Shown: positions 39,021-51,179 of the stretch, in pieces
Layout: each line of letters opens with the position of its first letter
Numbering within the stretch: position 1 is the first letter of the stretch
Source: Haliotis rubra
Taxonomy: Eukaryota
Reading direction: 5' to 3'
Assembly: GCF_003918875.1 (NCBI RefSeq)
Contig: NW_025766002.1
Coordinates: 4,216,001 to 4,280,000 of the forward strand
DNA: 64,000 nucleotides
Notes under the pieces: generated by a model
The model's input: the letters and a program-made list of their open reading frames with translations, nothing else
Databases searched by the model: none
Told to the model about the DNA's origin: nothing
Translations under genes and position numbers: made by a program

Positions 39021-40519
39021 TAAACCCGAAACATCGTGTATACCAAATACAAAAGAAGATATCCAAAGAAGCTGTCCTATAAGATGTTGATCAATGAAGA
39101 TTGTTTAATGTTCACACTGCGAACAGATGGTCACTTTCCTGTGCCAGGATCATCTGGTCGTATCCGGACTCGTGGTTTACCAACAAAAGGGTTTAAGTTC
39201 TCAAACCCTCACGTTTTGTCTGACCTGTCGTAATATAACCAAGAAAACCCAAACCATCAGCTGAATCTCAATGTAGATGTTTGACGTTATTATTAGCGTG
39301 TGCATACATATACAGTCAGTATAGTAATTAGTAATGGAAAGGTTTCTTAAACGTCGACGAACTGACACAAATTGGGCTTTCCGTCCACCTTAAGCTGACG
39401 CGAGTGATATAACCCTTTAACCTGAATGATAAGCATCAACTGAACAAGAATAAGGTAGGTCTGAGTTTATGGATGTCCCTACGTCTGCTTACTGGATCTG
39501 ATACAGTAAATGAATGCAATGAAACAATGGAGAAAATATTTTATATATGTGCTAAAATAATTTGAAGGAAGTAGTTTATCCGCAAAGTAAATATGGCACA
39601 TTTTTTCAAATATTTTTCTTCACTACACTAATCGATGAAAGGAATCGATACCAACTTAAATGGAACCATTCCCATACACATGTTTGGAAATTTCGAATCC
39701 ACTAACGATGCCAGCTCTATCATAATGATGCATTATGAGTCTTATTCAAACAGTGATGATATGTCAAACATTGTGAAATATGGACACCATAAGACTGGAG
39801 TCTTGTGTAACATAGCTCAAAATAAAGGTAAAGTCTATTATTTGAAAATTGAAGTCATCCCTCTCATTATAGAATCTTTTGGACAGCTAGTATTTGTCCC
39901 TTTACATCTATATAAATAAATCCGTACGAGAGGTTACGGAAGAGGTTTCACTCGTCTCTTCAGTTTCTATCTCAGATAGGTAAATAAGTGGATGGTGTTT
40001 GAGCATCATTGAACGACATGGAAACGCCGCCATACTGGAAATGTCTAGGCCAAATTTTAGTTCTAATTTTGACCATGGGTAAAGCAATTCTCGGCCTATG
40101 CATGAGGAAAGGCTAGAAAAAGGGAAGTACAACTGGTGGCCATAAGGATGCGTACTTCATACCTGAATGGCCTATCCCAACATTTCACTAAGTGTTATCT
40201 ATGTTAAAGTCCAGTTTTCACGTGTGATTTCCAAGCAAATTCATAAAAATATATTATTTGTTGTCTATTTTATAAAAAAGAGCTCTGAACCTTTGAAGAA
40301 AGACATGTGATTAGGTCTATTTTCAACTCGTTTAGTAACAAATGTCTCATGGATCAAGGATGAAAATCAAGTTGAAAAATCAAAATCAAACTTTTTGATA
40401 AAAATTGAACTTCGTTCTCGTGAGATTGCTAAAGTTCAATCCTTCCTTGATTGCATGATGTATCATGGTCCCTCTTTGTGTTGATATGTATCGAGCTTGG
40501 AAATCCAGTACAAAATTAC

Positions 40520-41816
40520 CAGCACAACCAAAAATTATTGAGAATTTAAAGATTGTATATTTTTTTTTTCACTCATTACTCACGTATTAAATGTGAATAT
40601 TAGCAGAGCATAACTCCAGATTCAAAGACAGGTGAACAGTTAGTATTTTGTCAAGTCATCATGGGCAGCAATGCAGGCTTCAATGCGGCGGGGCATACTA
40701 CTGATCAAAGAAGTTAGAAAGTCGTGGTCCATGCTATCCCAATATCGGATCACCTCTTCTTTCATTTCAGCAATATTTGTCAGATTTTTCTTATTGACAC
40801 TTTCCTTCATAAGTCCCAAACGTTTTCTATTGGATTTAGGTCAGGGCTATAGCTTAGCCAATCTAATAATGTCATATTTTGGGTCCGAAACCAGGCCTGT
40901 GAATGCTTTGAACGATGTTTTGAGTCGTTGTCCTGCTGGAAAATCAAAAAATATCCATAGAACACATGAGCAGATGGAAGTACATGTCCCTCGAGATTAT
41001 CTGTGTATCGCTCACTGTTCATATTCCCTTCAAATACACAGAGGGGCGTTGCCCCTAACACAGATATGACACCCCACACGTTAAATTTCGGACTGTACTT
41101 TGGGCGCTGATACAAAGGTATTTCCAGTTTGTTTGGTCCAGAATTTCAGTTTATCAGGAAAAAGGCACACAGAACTTTCATCTGAGAAAACCACATTGTC
41201 CCAGTTAAAATTTCTATGCTGTAAGCACCAGTTCAACCTTCGCTCCTTTTGTTCAGGTTTCATGATCGGTGCTGGAATTCCTCGACTTTTCTGCCAACCC
41301 ATTGCATGCAGCTCAGTTCTAATTGTCTCCTTACAGACAGCCACAGTTCCTCTATCAATCATATCCAGCCTTAAGTTTTCTAAACTCCTTCGTTTGTTTT
41401 TAGAAACAAGAATACCAAGCCGCCTCCTGTCACCGACAGTCAATTTGCTGGGCCTACCTGCGCCTCCCTGGTGCTCAATGCCATATCCATTTGCAATATT
41501 TTTCAAAACACGATAAACAGTGGACAAAGGATGCCTGTTCTACTTGAAATCACTTTAGCTGATCTGATGTCTTCGTTATAATACTCTAAAATCAACTTCC
41601 TCTTCTATAAATCATCCATACTGAGGATCACTGAAAATGTCGTCTGCTAGCAAGTAAACAAAGGGGGATAACTCTTCACAAACTAATGAAAAAGGATTAA
41701 CGGAGTTGTATCTCTCGAATGAAACCAAGCACTTGATAGTTGATAGTCAAGGTTGTTTATACTAGAAATCCAATTAAACATATTCCTAAAATTCTCAATA
41801 ATTTCTGGTCATACTA
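40520..41816 (-). mobile_element. Tc1-family DNA transposon (DD34E), frameshifted
   Basis: Minus-strand pieces: HTH with GRPSKL, VVFSDES, FQQDN-(34 aa)-SPDLNPIENVW. TIRs acca(a/g)aaattattgagaattt at both ends, TA at 41817. Confidence 0.92.
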
Positions 41817-43041
41817 TACTAAGTAGTGTTACAGCAGTACAAAGCATGACTGTCCATTTCAGACGTTTTCCACCCCCCACCAATTTGACTCTGTTTAGAT
41901 TTAAGCCGCAAAGTGCAAACAGAAAACGGTGCAAAGATACACATCAACAATCGCGTATTATACGAACATTTTATGTTCTTTCATTCAATCTGGCATGACG
42001 CGGTTTTCTTGTGCAGGGGAGGTAACTTTTGGTCTACTGCTTCTCGGATGATCGCTGGTTGAATTGATTCGGGTATACCGATCCCATGTATATACAGGAT
42101 ATGGAGCTCTGGTGTTCGGTAAAAAAGTCCTCGGTAAAAAGTCCCATTTTTATTTTCAAATAAAAAATGCACAAAAGAACAATATTTTTATCAGTATTTT
42201 AGTTTTTCATTGTCATACATAAAACAAATGTACAATGGTCTTATGACATAATGATGTATTGAAATGTTGATATAAAAACCATGCGAAATGACTACAATTA
42301 ACATTATAAGTTATAAGTTACATCATGCATCACATGATGACATGAGATCGTCTACGCCTACCGCTATTGTCTGATGTTCATTGCCACAGTCGTCTGTTCG
42401 TGTGCATTGTAGTAACTCTTATTAGGATAATGATGCATCATGTGGGTAAATAGATTCTCTTTTCATTCAAGCCATATTTTATATCCATACATTTTAATGT
42501 ATGCTTGACTTTTAATGATATGTGTGTCTCATAGGCCATATAGGCCTGACATAGTAAAATGTGTGAAACATTCGTAAAATACTTTTCTTCTTCTGCTTCG
42601 TTTAAAAGATCAAACATCAATTATTAAAATTAATCTGTCATTATATACGATTTCTTCATGTTTTTTTCTTTTTTAAATCTTTGATGTTAGTCTTGTCAAA
42701 TAAATAACTATATCAGTAAAATGGACTTTATACCAAGAATTTTTCACAAAGGATTGTTTTCATATACTCGGTGCTCTGATGTACGTTGAAATAACGCGCA
42801 ACTACAGATTGGGAATCTTCAAGACCCTATGTCGATGTTGCGATTTTAACTCTTCCAAAGGTAGACGAACGTATGGCATAATGTTGACTAACGTTTGACT
42901 TCTTGTAGTCATTGTCACTGCACATGGTTTTCACAATTCGCATGTGCATTCTGCTGTTAATTTCCTTTCCATTTTTGTGCAGTCTTATAACAATTGCTGT
43001 TTAATATAAAGCTACGAAAGTCAAACGATGTACCCTTGCTT

Positions 43042-43380
43042 AGGGCTGAAGAACCCTTAAAATACAAATGTTATAACTGTTGAATGTGCAGTCTAACTAT
43101 GTGATATTATATATTGTTCGGGGCTGAAGAAAGGTTCAAATACAATGTGTTACTGTTGAATGTGCAGTCTAACTATGTGATATTATATATTGTTCGGGGC
43201 TGAAGAAAGGTTCAAATACGTGTTACTGTTGAAGGTAGAGCCAAGCATTGTGAAATTGTCCTGGGCAGAGAAACGCTTAAAATACAACATTAATGTCGAA
43301 TTAATTAATGAACAGTCAAAACAAATGTGGCTTTGCTCGGGGCTGAAGAACCGTTAAAATATAGTATGTGCAGTCATACT
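43042..43380. repeat. Degenerate ~66-78 bp tandem repeat, ~4.5 units
   Basis: gggctgaagaa...aaatac...ctgttgaatgtgcagtc recurs at ~43043, 43120, 43197, 43263 and 43340. Confidence 0.8.
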
Positions 43381-43824
43381 ATATCTTAGTGTGTGCGGGC
43401 GTGCGTGTGTGCAGTGGTGGTTGGGGGAAAGGGTGTTGAGAGGAGGGGTCAGAAATATAACAAGACATATGAATAAATTCACTGTAAATTCCTCAAACTA
43501 CCCTTATGAATGTACAACTACATAGGTAAATGTTTTATTCATCTTTAAACCATTCTCAACACGAAGTAATCTTCTAGATACTCATAATTTAACGAGCATT
43601 TCCTCGCGATAAAATATCTGGTCGACTTCATATGTATTTAGAAATATTTAATCTCAGTAATGATATTCCATTGCGTACCAGTAGCAGGATCAAGTTTACG
43701 TCAACCACTAACTCTCTCGGAAAAATCAAGTCCGTCACCGACCAAACATCACCATTGCTGGCTGTAAAATCGCTGATTAGGCAATAGACATTTATCAGCG
43801 GAGTCCAAATGCAATCGCTAAATA

Positions 43825-44204
43825 TTCCGCGAAGCAGTGACGTCAGGAACTATTTACAAACTCCACACAGCACTCTTTCATATCTTACACATACAAGCTA
43901 TGTTGTTCGGCCAGTGTAGGGAACATGGAGTAGACGATGTGTTTGAGCGAGACAGAGCTGTGTGAGGTTGGGAACATGTTTATTTCTAATTCATCGATTC
44001 GTTTGTGAACACGGACAGGCAAGTCTGTGCCTGCTTCAATCCTGGCTACGTCATGTGATATTCACGTTTCAGCCAGTATAAAAGCCGTCAGGCGGCTGAG
44101 TAAGGCCAGTCTACTGCTATAGACGTATCTATACACAGTTAAAGGACAGTGAAAGAGCTGTGCCCGAAGTACACCTCTCTAATACAACAACCTGGTTTCA
44201 ACAG
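43825..44204 (+). promoter_or_regulatory. V8 promoter module, TATA/Inr and non-coding exon 1
   Basis: TTCCGCGAA 43825, perfect TGACGTCA 43838, CAGCCAGTATAAAAGC with TATA at 44077, GCTGAGTAAG..CAGTCTACT, donor 44204/44205. These are conserved although the flanks do not align. Confidence 0.7.
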
Positions 44205-44830
44205 GTAACACAATTTTACAATATACTAACTATATATTTAATGTTGCTGTTTGACAAAAAAATCAACATAAATACCAATTCAATATGCATTGTGCTATCG
44301 CCAAACCCTGGAAGGAAGTTTTGTCATAGTTACCGTGTAAACTTTCGTCTTTATATGAAATGACATGGGCTGTAAGAACGTTAAACACATACCTGGAAAC
44401 TGTCATTGATACATGTCTTACTGCTGATTTCACGGGAGTGGTCTCGCTCGTTGATAAATTTTAAAACCGCCTACCCAACCTATTAAAGTTAGTATTAACT
44501 TGTGATACGACCCCCACAACTGTAATGTCTGATTCTGTGAAGTCCAATGTCTTAGTCGCACACCATACTGATTGGGATTTGTCTGAATATGCATATTACG
44601 TACGCGAAGGATGATGATTGATCAATCAGATTGATTGTGGCTGATACTGTGAGCATTAATTATCAACTCTGGAATAGTTTTACACTTTAGGAATAGACAG
44701 AAACAAAGCAAACAATATTTAATGGTTATCGCCAACGCATAATAGTTGTATAATAAGCGTAGCAATTTCAAAAGTAACATTTCTTGTGTACGTGGTCTTC
44801 AATTGTGTTGAATTTGTCCACAGATTCAAC

Positions 44831-47187
44831 ATGGTTTTGCTTCCTCCTGGTGGACTTCCGGAGATTGTCTTCTCCTTTGACACAACCGGCTCTATGTCTG
44901 GCTGTTTAGCTGAAGTCCGAGGTCGCCTCCAGGACATGATACAGCGACTCCAGGCTGACATCCCCGCCATCAGAATTGCCGTCTTCGCCCACGGTGACTA
45001 CTGTGATAGTTATCGTGCGACTCAATATGTCGACTTTTCCACTGACGTCGCCGAACTCTGCAAATTCGTTAAAAGCGTTGGCAGCACTGGGGGTGGAGGA
45101 GACGGAGGCGAATGTTACGAACTCGTTCTTCGAGAAGTAGGCGAGAAACTGTCGTGGACGCCGGGCTCAAATCGGGCTTTGGTCCTCATCGGGGATGAAC
45201 CACCACACACACCAAGTTTCAGGGAAAATAAACAGAAGATAGACTGGAGGAAAGAGCTGAAAAAGTTGACAACCATGGTGAGTTGACTTTTTCGACAGAT
45301 TTTAATTATCAAACTACAACAACCATTCTCTCAAACATAGCATCATGCGTTCTTGTGTTCTCAGCAATGTTGTATCTTACTTTCTATCCGCAGGGAGTGA
45401 AGATTTACGGTGTTGAGTGTGGAGGTGGTGGTATAGAATTCTACACTACTATTTCTGAGCAGTCGGGAGGTCGTTATCTTCAACTCAAAGATTTCTCCAA
45501 CGTGTTTGACCTCCTAATGGCCATCTGTTACCGGGAACAGGGAGCAGATATGTTGGAGGTAGGCTCGCAGCTCTCCATCAGTTATGCCTGATGCAACCTA
45601 AAAATTCATCCCTTCATCTTTAGGGAATAACCTTTATGGATTCCTTTCTTCCATTATTGCTGTTATCTGTTAGAATGTTGTGGATCAGCTATTTCGTAAT
45701 TCAGTTACGAGTAGTGTATTCTACCTAATACACATTGCTATGAAGCAAAACTGGCCACTCAGGAAAAAATTACATTTACATTGGGTAAAATTTACATATC
45801 ACAGAGGTGTTACGCTTGATCTTTTAACCGTTAATGGGTAAAGTGTGTTAGATATATATTTAATAATATGCTTACCATAATGGTCAATTTCCATGAGCCT
45901 GTAAGAAAATCTGAACATATCTGTCGACTACTTTAGGCCTACGAGAAGGAGGTCCGAAGTCGCAGAGGTGACGGTTCTCTGAGCAAAGATGTGGAAGGAA
46001 TGTTTACTGCCCTGCGTGATGGAGCAGCTGCCGTTCCTGTGTCGACGAAGGTGACAAACACACGCGGCAAGAAAGCAGAAGCTGATCCAGTGTTGCCAAA
46101 ACCTGCATCAAAAATCAAAACTGGAAAATCAAAACCGACATCTAACAGAAAACCAAAGCCCAAAAGTATTAAGGTAATTAGATACCACAGTCAGCATGTA
46201 TATGAATATTCTTTGTCAATAAGCTACACAGAAAACCCTTTTTGTTTATGTAATAATCACCAGTACGAACATGGGCCCCGGTTCACATAGCTATCGTAGC
46301 GCTACGACTGTCGTAAGTCTATGTTACAGTATAGGAGGTACGATAGTCGTAGCGCTACGATAGCTTTGTGAAACGGGGCCATGGTTATTTATTAATAAAT
46401 TTACAACAGGGGTATGTGGGGTTTGGATAGCCTTATTGACACATTACGTTAAGTCCAGGGTTTCATTCATAAGTTTGGTAAAACTTTAAATTAGTTGAAA
46501 TTGCGGTTGAACATTTGTAAAAGGTATAAATCTCTACTCGCTCACTCACTCTCTCAGTTAATGTTTTACCATATTGGACAATGGGCATATGAGTCAATGC
46601 TGTGGGCATGTCAGTCAATACAAGAATCTGTCCATCCTTTTTTCAAACAGAAACCAAGCAAGAAACCGTTACTGATGAGAGAGGAGATCCCCGAGGACAA
46701 TTTTGCCCTGAAGGACATGGACTGGTCGCCCTGGGTCAAAGGTATCTCCCCTAGGCGCCCACAGCCTCAAGACGCAGACAGGTGGGAGAAACGGTGGGGT
46801 GATATGAAAACTGGATTCAGAACCAAGAAAATCTTCAGCTCCAAGAATAACAAACCAGCACTCTATGAGATCGGTGTTCAGGTCAACCGCAATGGGCGGA
46901 GGTTCGTGGTCTTGAACACACTCTGCCGCCATATTCCGGACGGTGTCCACTGGGAAACTCGTCTCTTTGGAAACAAGATTGTCAAAGCCCAAGTAAACAA
47001 AGTTGTGTCTCAAGGTTGTAGTGTCTTCGTGCGGAGGGCAACATTCAAAACAGTCAAGAGTCACGACAAAACTGTTCAGTCAGCTCTCCTTACTTACGAT
47101 TATGCCTGGAGGAGGCTTAGGAACATACGCACACGTGCTCGATATGTTGTGAAACAAGGCTGTACCATTTCCTCCAACAAATGGTGA
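44831..47187 (+). CDS. V8: most divergent vWA + degenerate GIY-YIG-like paralogue, 461 aa
   Basis: join(44831-45277, 45394-45558, 45937-46173, 46651-47187). Same exon phases and the same 447/165/237 sizes as V7. Confidence 0.9.
46274..46380. mobile_element. Palindromic MITE in V8 intron 4
   Basis: ggccccggttcaca...tgtgaaacggggcc, 3-bp ATG flanks. Same family as 19868-19974. Confidence 0.8.
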
Positions 47188-47624
47188 GACGTGCCATCTG
47201 TTCAAACGTCAGCTGACAAGGATACCTCAGATAAGGAATGTTGTGTTAACGAACATTCAAGTCGGCAGAATGATGAAGTTATGAAATTTCAATTTTGCGA
47301 CGATTCATCCAAACCAAAAAACTGTCCCGAACTCACTAGCCATTCATTGGGGCTGGCTACCATGATTCACTGATAATGGGTTCGAACCCCAGATTTACGG
47401 AGATCAAAGTGAATGGTGGTGTCGTGGATTGCACCGTGAGATGTTGTGGACCTGCATCACTTCTTCCTCATTAGGTTCACGCACTTTGTAAATAGTCATT
47501 GTTTGTTTCCAAGTGAAAAAATGTATATATGTAAAAAATGTATGTGTTGTTTTTTATGAATACGTAAACTAAAAGATGCAGAAAAACTTTGTTGGTCATT
47601 ATTTTCTGTTGTTTTTGTGATCTG

Positions 47625-47987
47625 GGTCCCGATTCATAAATCCTTTGTAGCGCTACGACATTCGTAAGCCTTTGATACCCGCGAAGGTCCGGGTTGGAAT
47701 GGACCTTCAGTAACCCATGCTTGTCGTAAGAGGCGACTAACGGGATCGGATGTTCAGGCTTGCTGGCTTGGTTGACACATGTCATCGGTTCCTAATTGTG
47801 CAGGTCGAGACTCATGCTGTTGATCACTGGATTATCTTGTCCAGACTCGATTATTTACTGACCGCTGCCATATAGCTGGAATATTGCTGAGTGCGGCGTA
47901 AAACGCAACTCACGCACTCGTAAGCCTTTGATAAACTATAAAGTTACGACAGGTCGTAACGTTACGAACACTTTGTGCGTCGGGACC
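47625..47987. mobile_element. Palindromic MITE interrupted by SINE family B (47678-47917, +)
   Basis: MITE ends ggtcccgattcataaa / tttgtgcgtcgggacc. The nested SINE has a 16-bp TSD tcgtaagcctttgata. Confidence 0.85.
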
Positions 47988-48456
47988 TTGGCCAAATACT
48001 ATATGACGTTCGTCACCGCCCTTGAAATAACCGAATACAGGCGTGTTTGTAAATATTCAATACGCAATTTATATATAACGCTGGATGTTCAAAATGCCCT
48101 GTATGAATACTGTGTGTTTGGCTTATGAAGATCTTTGATCACACGGCTGACACATATAATGACATGTCACATACTAATATCTAGGTTGGTAGGACTGCAA
48201 GTACTGACTTGTAAACGATAACATGCGATAAATGTGGTGTTATCTACCTGTAACCACTGCATGATTGGCAGGACATCTGACGTCTTTATGTCACGAAGTT
48301 GGCAGGTTCTAATTCCGTTTTGTGAAACATTTATAAATGTGATTTATTTTATCACATATCTATGACTTCAGTTGAACCAACGACCCATTTTGGCTGCGAA
48401 AACAGCCGGCTTTATATTTGGGTAAGGTCAGATCACTCCAAATAAAGTGCTTCATA

Positions 48457-48580
48457 TTCCGCGAAGCAGTGACGTCAATCACTGTGTGCGAACTCCGCAC
48501 ACAAATCTATTATCCCTATCGCAGAGGGTAAATCTGAGTTGTGGGGCAATGTATGTAAAGTAAACAATGTATTTGAGAGT
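48457..48580 (+). promoter_or_regulatory. Orphan copy of the promoter module with no gene downstream
   Basis: atattccgcgaagcagtgacgtca is identical to the V8 module, followed by aactccgcaca and aacaatgtatttgagag. Confidence 0.6.
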
Positions 48581-48673
48581 CTTATCTTAACGTGTTCTAA
48601 TTTTCAGTTCGTGAATAAAGTGTTGTGAAGTTCCTGAAGTAACATTAAGGCTTGTCTAAACTTCTGATACACC

Positions 48674-48840
48674 AGTTAGTTTGTGAGTATGATTTAACGC
48701 CGCTTTTAGCAATATTCCAGCAATATCACGGCGGGGGACATCAGAAATGGACTTCACACATTGAACCCATTTGGAGAATCGAATCCAGGTCTTCGGCGTG
48801 ACAAGCAGACGCTTTAACCACTACGCTACCCCAGCACCCC
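48674..48840 (-). mobile_element. SINE family A
   Basis: Full body, TSD tgatacacc. Confidence 0.85.
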
Positions 48841-49072
48841 TGATACACCTTTACATATGTCGAGTGCTAACATTAGTTTGAGAATTTGGACTCACAGTTT
48901 GCCCTGACATGAGCACGGGTGGTCTAGTAGTACCAGGTGCGGTGTCCGTGTTGCCGCCCCTTAGACGTGTCAGAATCATGGTCTTTGTTTGATTCCCAAA
49001 TTCGTCCTGATTCATATGTTGGTTTTGTCAGCACCATGGCTGTGCTTTGAGGTCCTCCCAAAGTCCTTAACC

Positions 49073-49234
49073 ACGGTGAGAGGCCTGTATCACTAAAGGC
49101 GTTTGCTCGTCCCGCCACAGACCTGGTTTCGATTCCCCACATGGTTACAATGTGTAAAGCCGATTTCTGGTGTCCCTTGCAGTGGTATTGCTGAAATATT
49201 GCAAAAAGCGGCGTAAAACTAAACTCACTCACTC
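49073..49234 (+). mobile_element. SINE family A, diverged
   Basis: ttcgattccccacatgg...aaaagcggcgtaaaactaaactcactcact. Confidence 0.8.
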
Positions 49235-49803
49235 AAACCGCAATGTAACTGAAATACAGGTCAAACTGACTTTAAACCGAACGGCTACGAAGAATAATCA
49301 CTGTGTTGAGAGATACAATGTGGATTATCTGTCATGTGATATCCACTGGGTGTTTGGAGACAAAATGTTGATGTGAAGAAGGGTGCTTTTCAATTTCATA
49401 CTTTACTACACTGAAGAATGCTTAATTCTGTGTTACAAATGGGGTATCCGAGTATCCCTTTTCTGAAACCTTTATGTTCAGACTTCTCAGTCAAAGTCGG
49501 TGAGGTGCATACATCGATAGCATGTCGATCTATAACCGGGTTTATCTCCTAAATAGATAACAAATATAGCGAGACAAATGAAGGTGATATTATCGTGTAG
49601 TGTATATATTTCGGAGGATGGTTTAAAGGTCAGCTAGTAATTATGGTATCACTGATTATCAGTCACTCTTCATGGTGAACGTGCTACACTACTCAATCTA
49701 CTAGTTGGTTTGTATAGAGTTACTCTCCTTAGCCGTGTTAGGATACGAATCCTTCTCTGATGGTGATCCTCAGTCAGTCAGCACTCAGCACCATATCCAT
49801 ACG

Positions 49804-49950
49804 ATGAGTGAGTTTAGTTTTACGCCGTCTTTAGGAATATTCCAGCAATATCGTGGCAGGGGATATCAGAAATGGGCTTTACACACTGTACCCATGTGGG
49901 GAATCGAAACCGGATCTTTGGCGTGACGAGCGAACGCTATAACCACTATA
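49804..49950 (-). mobile_element. SINE family A
   Basis: Reverse complement of the family A body, lacking the extreme 5' end. Confidence 0.8.
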
Positions 49951-50247
49951 GTATGTCCACCTAACTTTAGGGATTGCATTTGCATTAGACAAATTTGAAC
50001 TGACAGATATATATCATGGATTTCTGCCTGTAAAGGCGTATTAATGGCAATCGTATTACTTCAAATACATCATGGGTGATAATCTTGGTAATTGGGACAT
50101 ACAGGGGAAATTTCTGTAGCATCCCAAAAGTTATACTCTTTATTTTACTTTATTATTGTTTACAGTTTTATGAAGACCATTTCTGGCGTTCTTCTTCGGA
50201 ATATTGCTAAAACATTCAGTCACACATTATATCCTTATCGTTGGGCC

Positions 50248-50482
50248 GACCTGTGAAGATCCGGGGTAAAATAGGTCTTCAGCAACCCATTCTTGTCATA
50301 AAAGGCGACTATGCTTGTCGTAAAAGGCGACTAACGGGATCGGTTCCCAATTGCACAGATCGATGCTCATGCTGTTGATCACTGGATTGTCTGGTCCAGA
50401 CTCGATTATTTACAGACCGCCGCCATATAGCTGGAATATTGCTGAGTGCGGCGTAAAACTAAACTCACTCACTCACTCACTA
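50248..50482 (+). mobile_element. SINE family B
   Basis: 11-bp TSD atcgttgggcc. Shares the internal duplication cttgtcataaaaggcgact with the 19525 copy. Confidence 0.9.
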
Positions 50483-51030
50483 ATCGTTGGGCCACCATTG
50501 CCAGTCGCCTAAATTATGTGATTTTACACCCGCTTCTAAGACTTTATTTCATCTCGAGGCTGAATTCATCTGAACTAATATTTCGTTAACGAAGAACTGT
50601 GTCAACAGTCTACTCTGCCTCAACCCCAAAACCCCAAAACCCCAAAAGCGTGCACGTTTCATGTGATGTACACACAATACAGCATCCATGCAGAAGAAAT
50701 ATCAACACACTGCGTGCGGGAGATTTGGTTGAAACCCGATTAGCAACCAAGAAACCTTAGGATATTTATCAGGTTTTTCCTAGTATAACGATTCCCATTG
50801 GATACAACTGCACGGTTAGCCATATGAAGACACTCACTTCACCACCATACAAACGGATGTTATGGAGTTATCAGAATAAAAAGAGTCGTCCCGATCCCAT
50901 TTAAGACCCCATGGGTTATCTCCCTTCGACTGCGGGAACGGATGTAGAAACTCGCCTAACACGCTTCAAATGTACACGCTGCGAGGCCCATTGTTCACAG
51001 ATCGATGCTTCCCTATTTATGATTTATGAC

Positions 51031-51179
51031 TGACTGACTGACTTTTAGCAATATTCCAGCAATATCACGGCGGGGGACACCAGAAATGGGCTTAACACAT
51101 TGTGCCCATGTGGGGAATCGAACCCGGGTCTTCGGCGTGACGAGCCAACGCTTTAACCACTAGGCTACCCCACCGCCCC
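51031..51179 (-). mobile_element. SINE family A, young copy
   Basis: 13-bp TSD tatgatttatgac. The tail is shortened and ends in (CAGT)n. Confidence 0.9.

Noticed and set aside
39620-41830. CACTA element enclosing the Tc1 copy (cactac...gtagtg)
   Set aside because: Only 6 terminal bases match; no TSD or transposase motif.
42110-42770. Further DNA-transposon relics here (ggtaaaaagtcc subrepeats) and at ~58640-58800
   Set aside because: Ends too degenerate to define TIRs or TSDs by eye.
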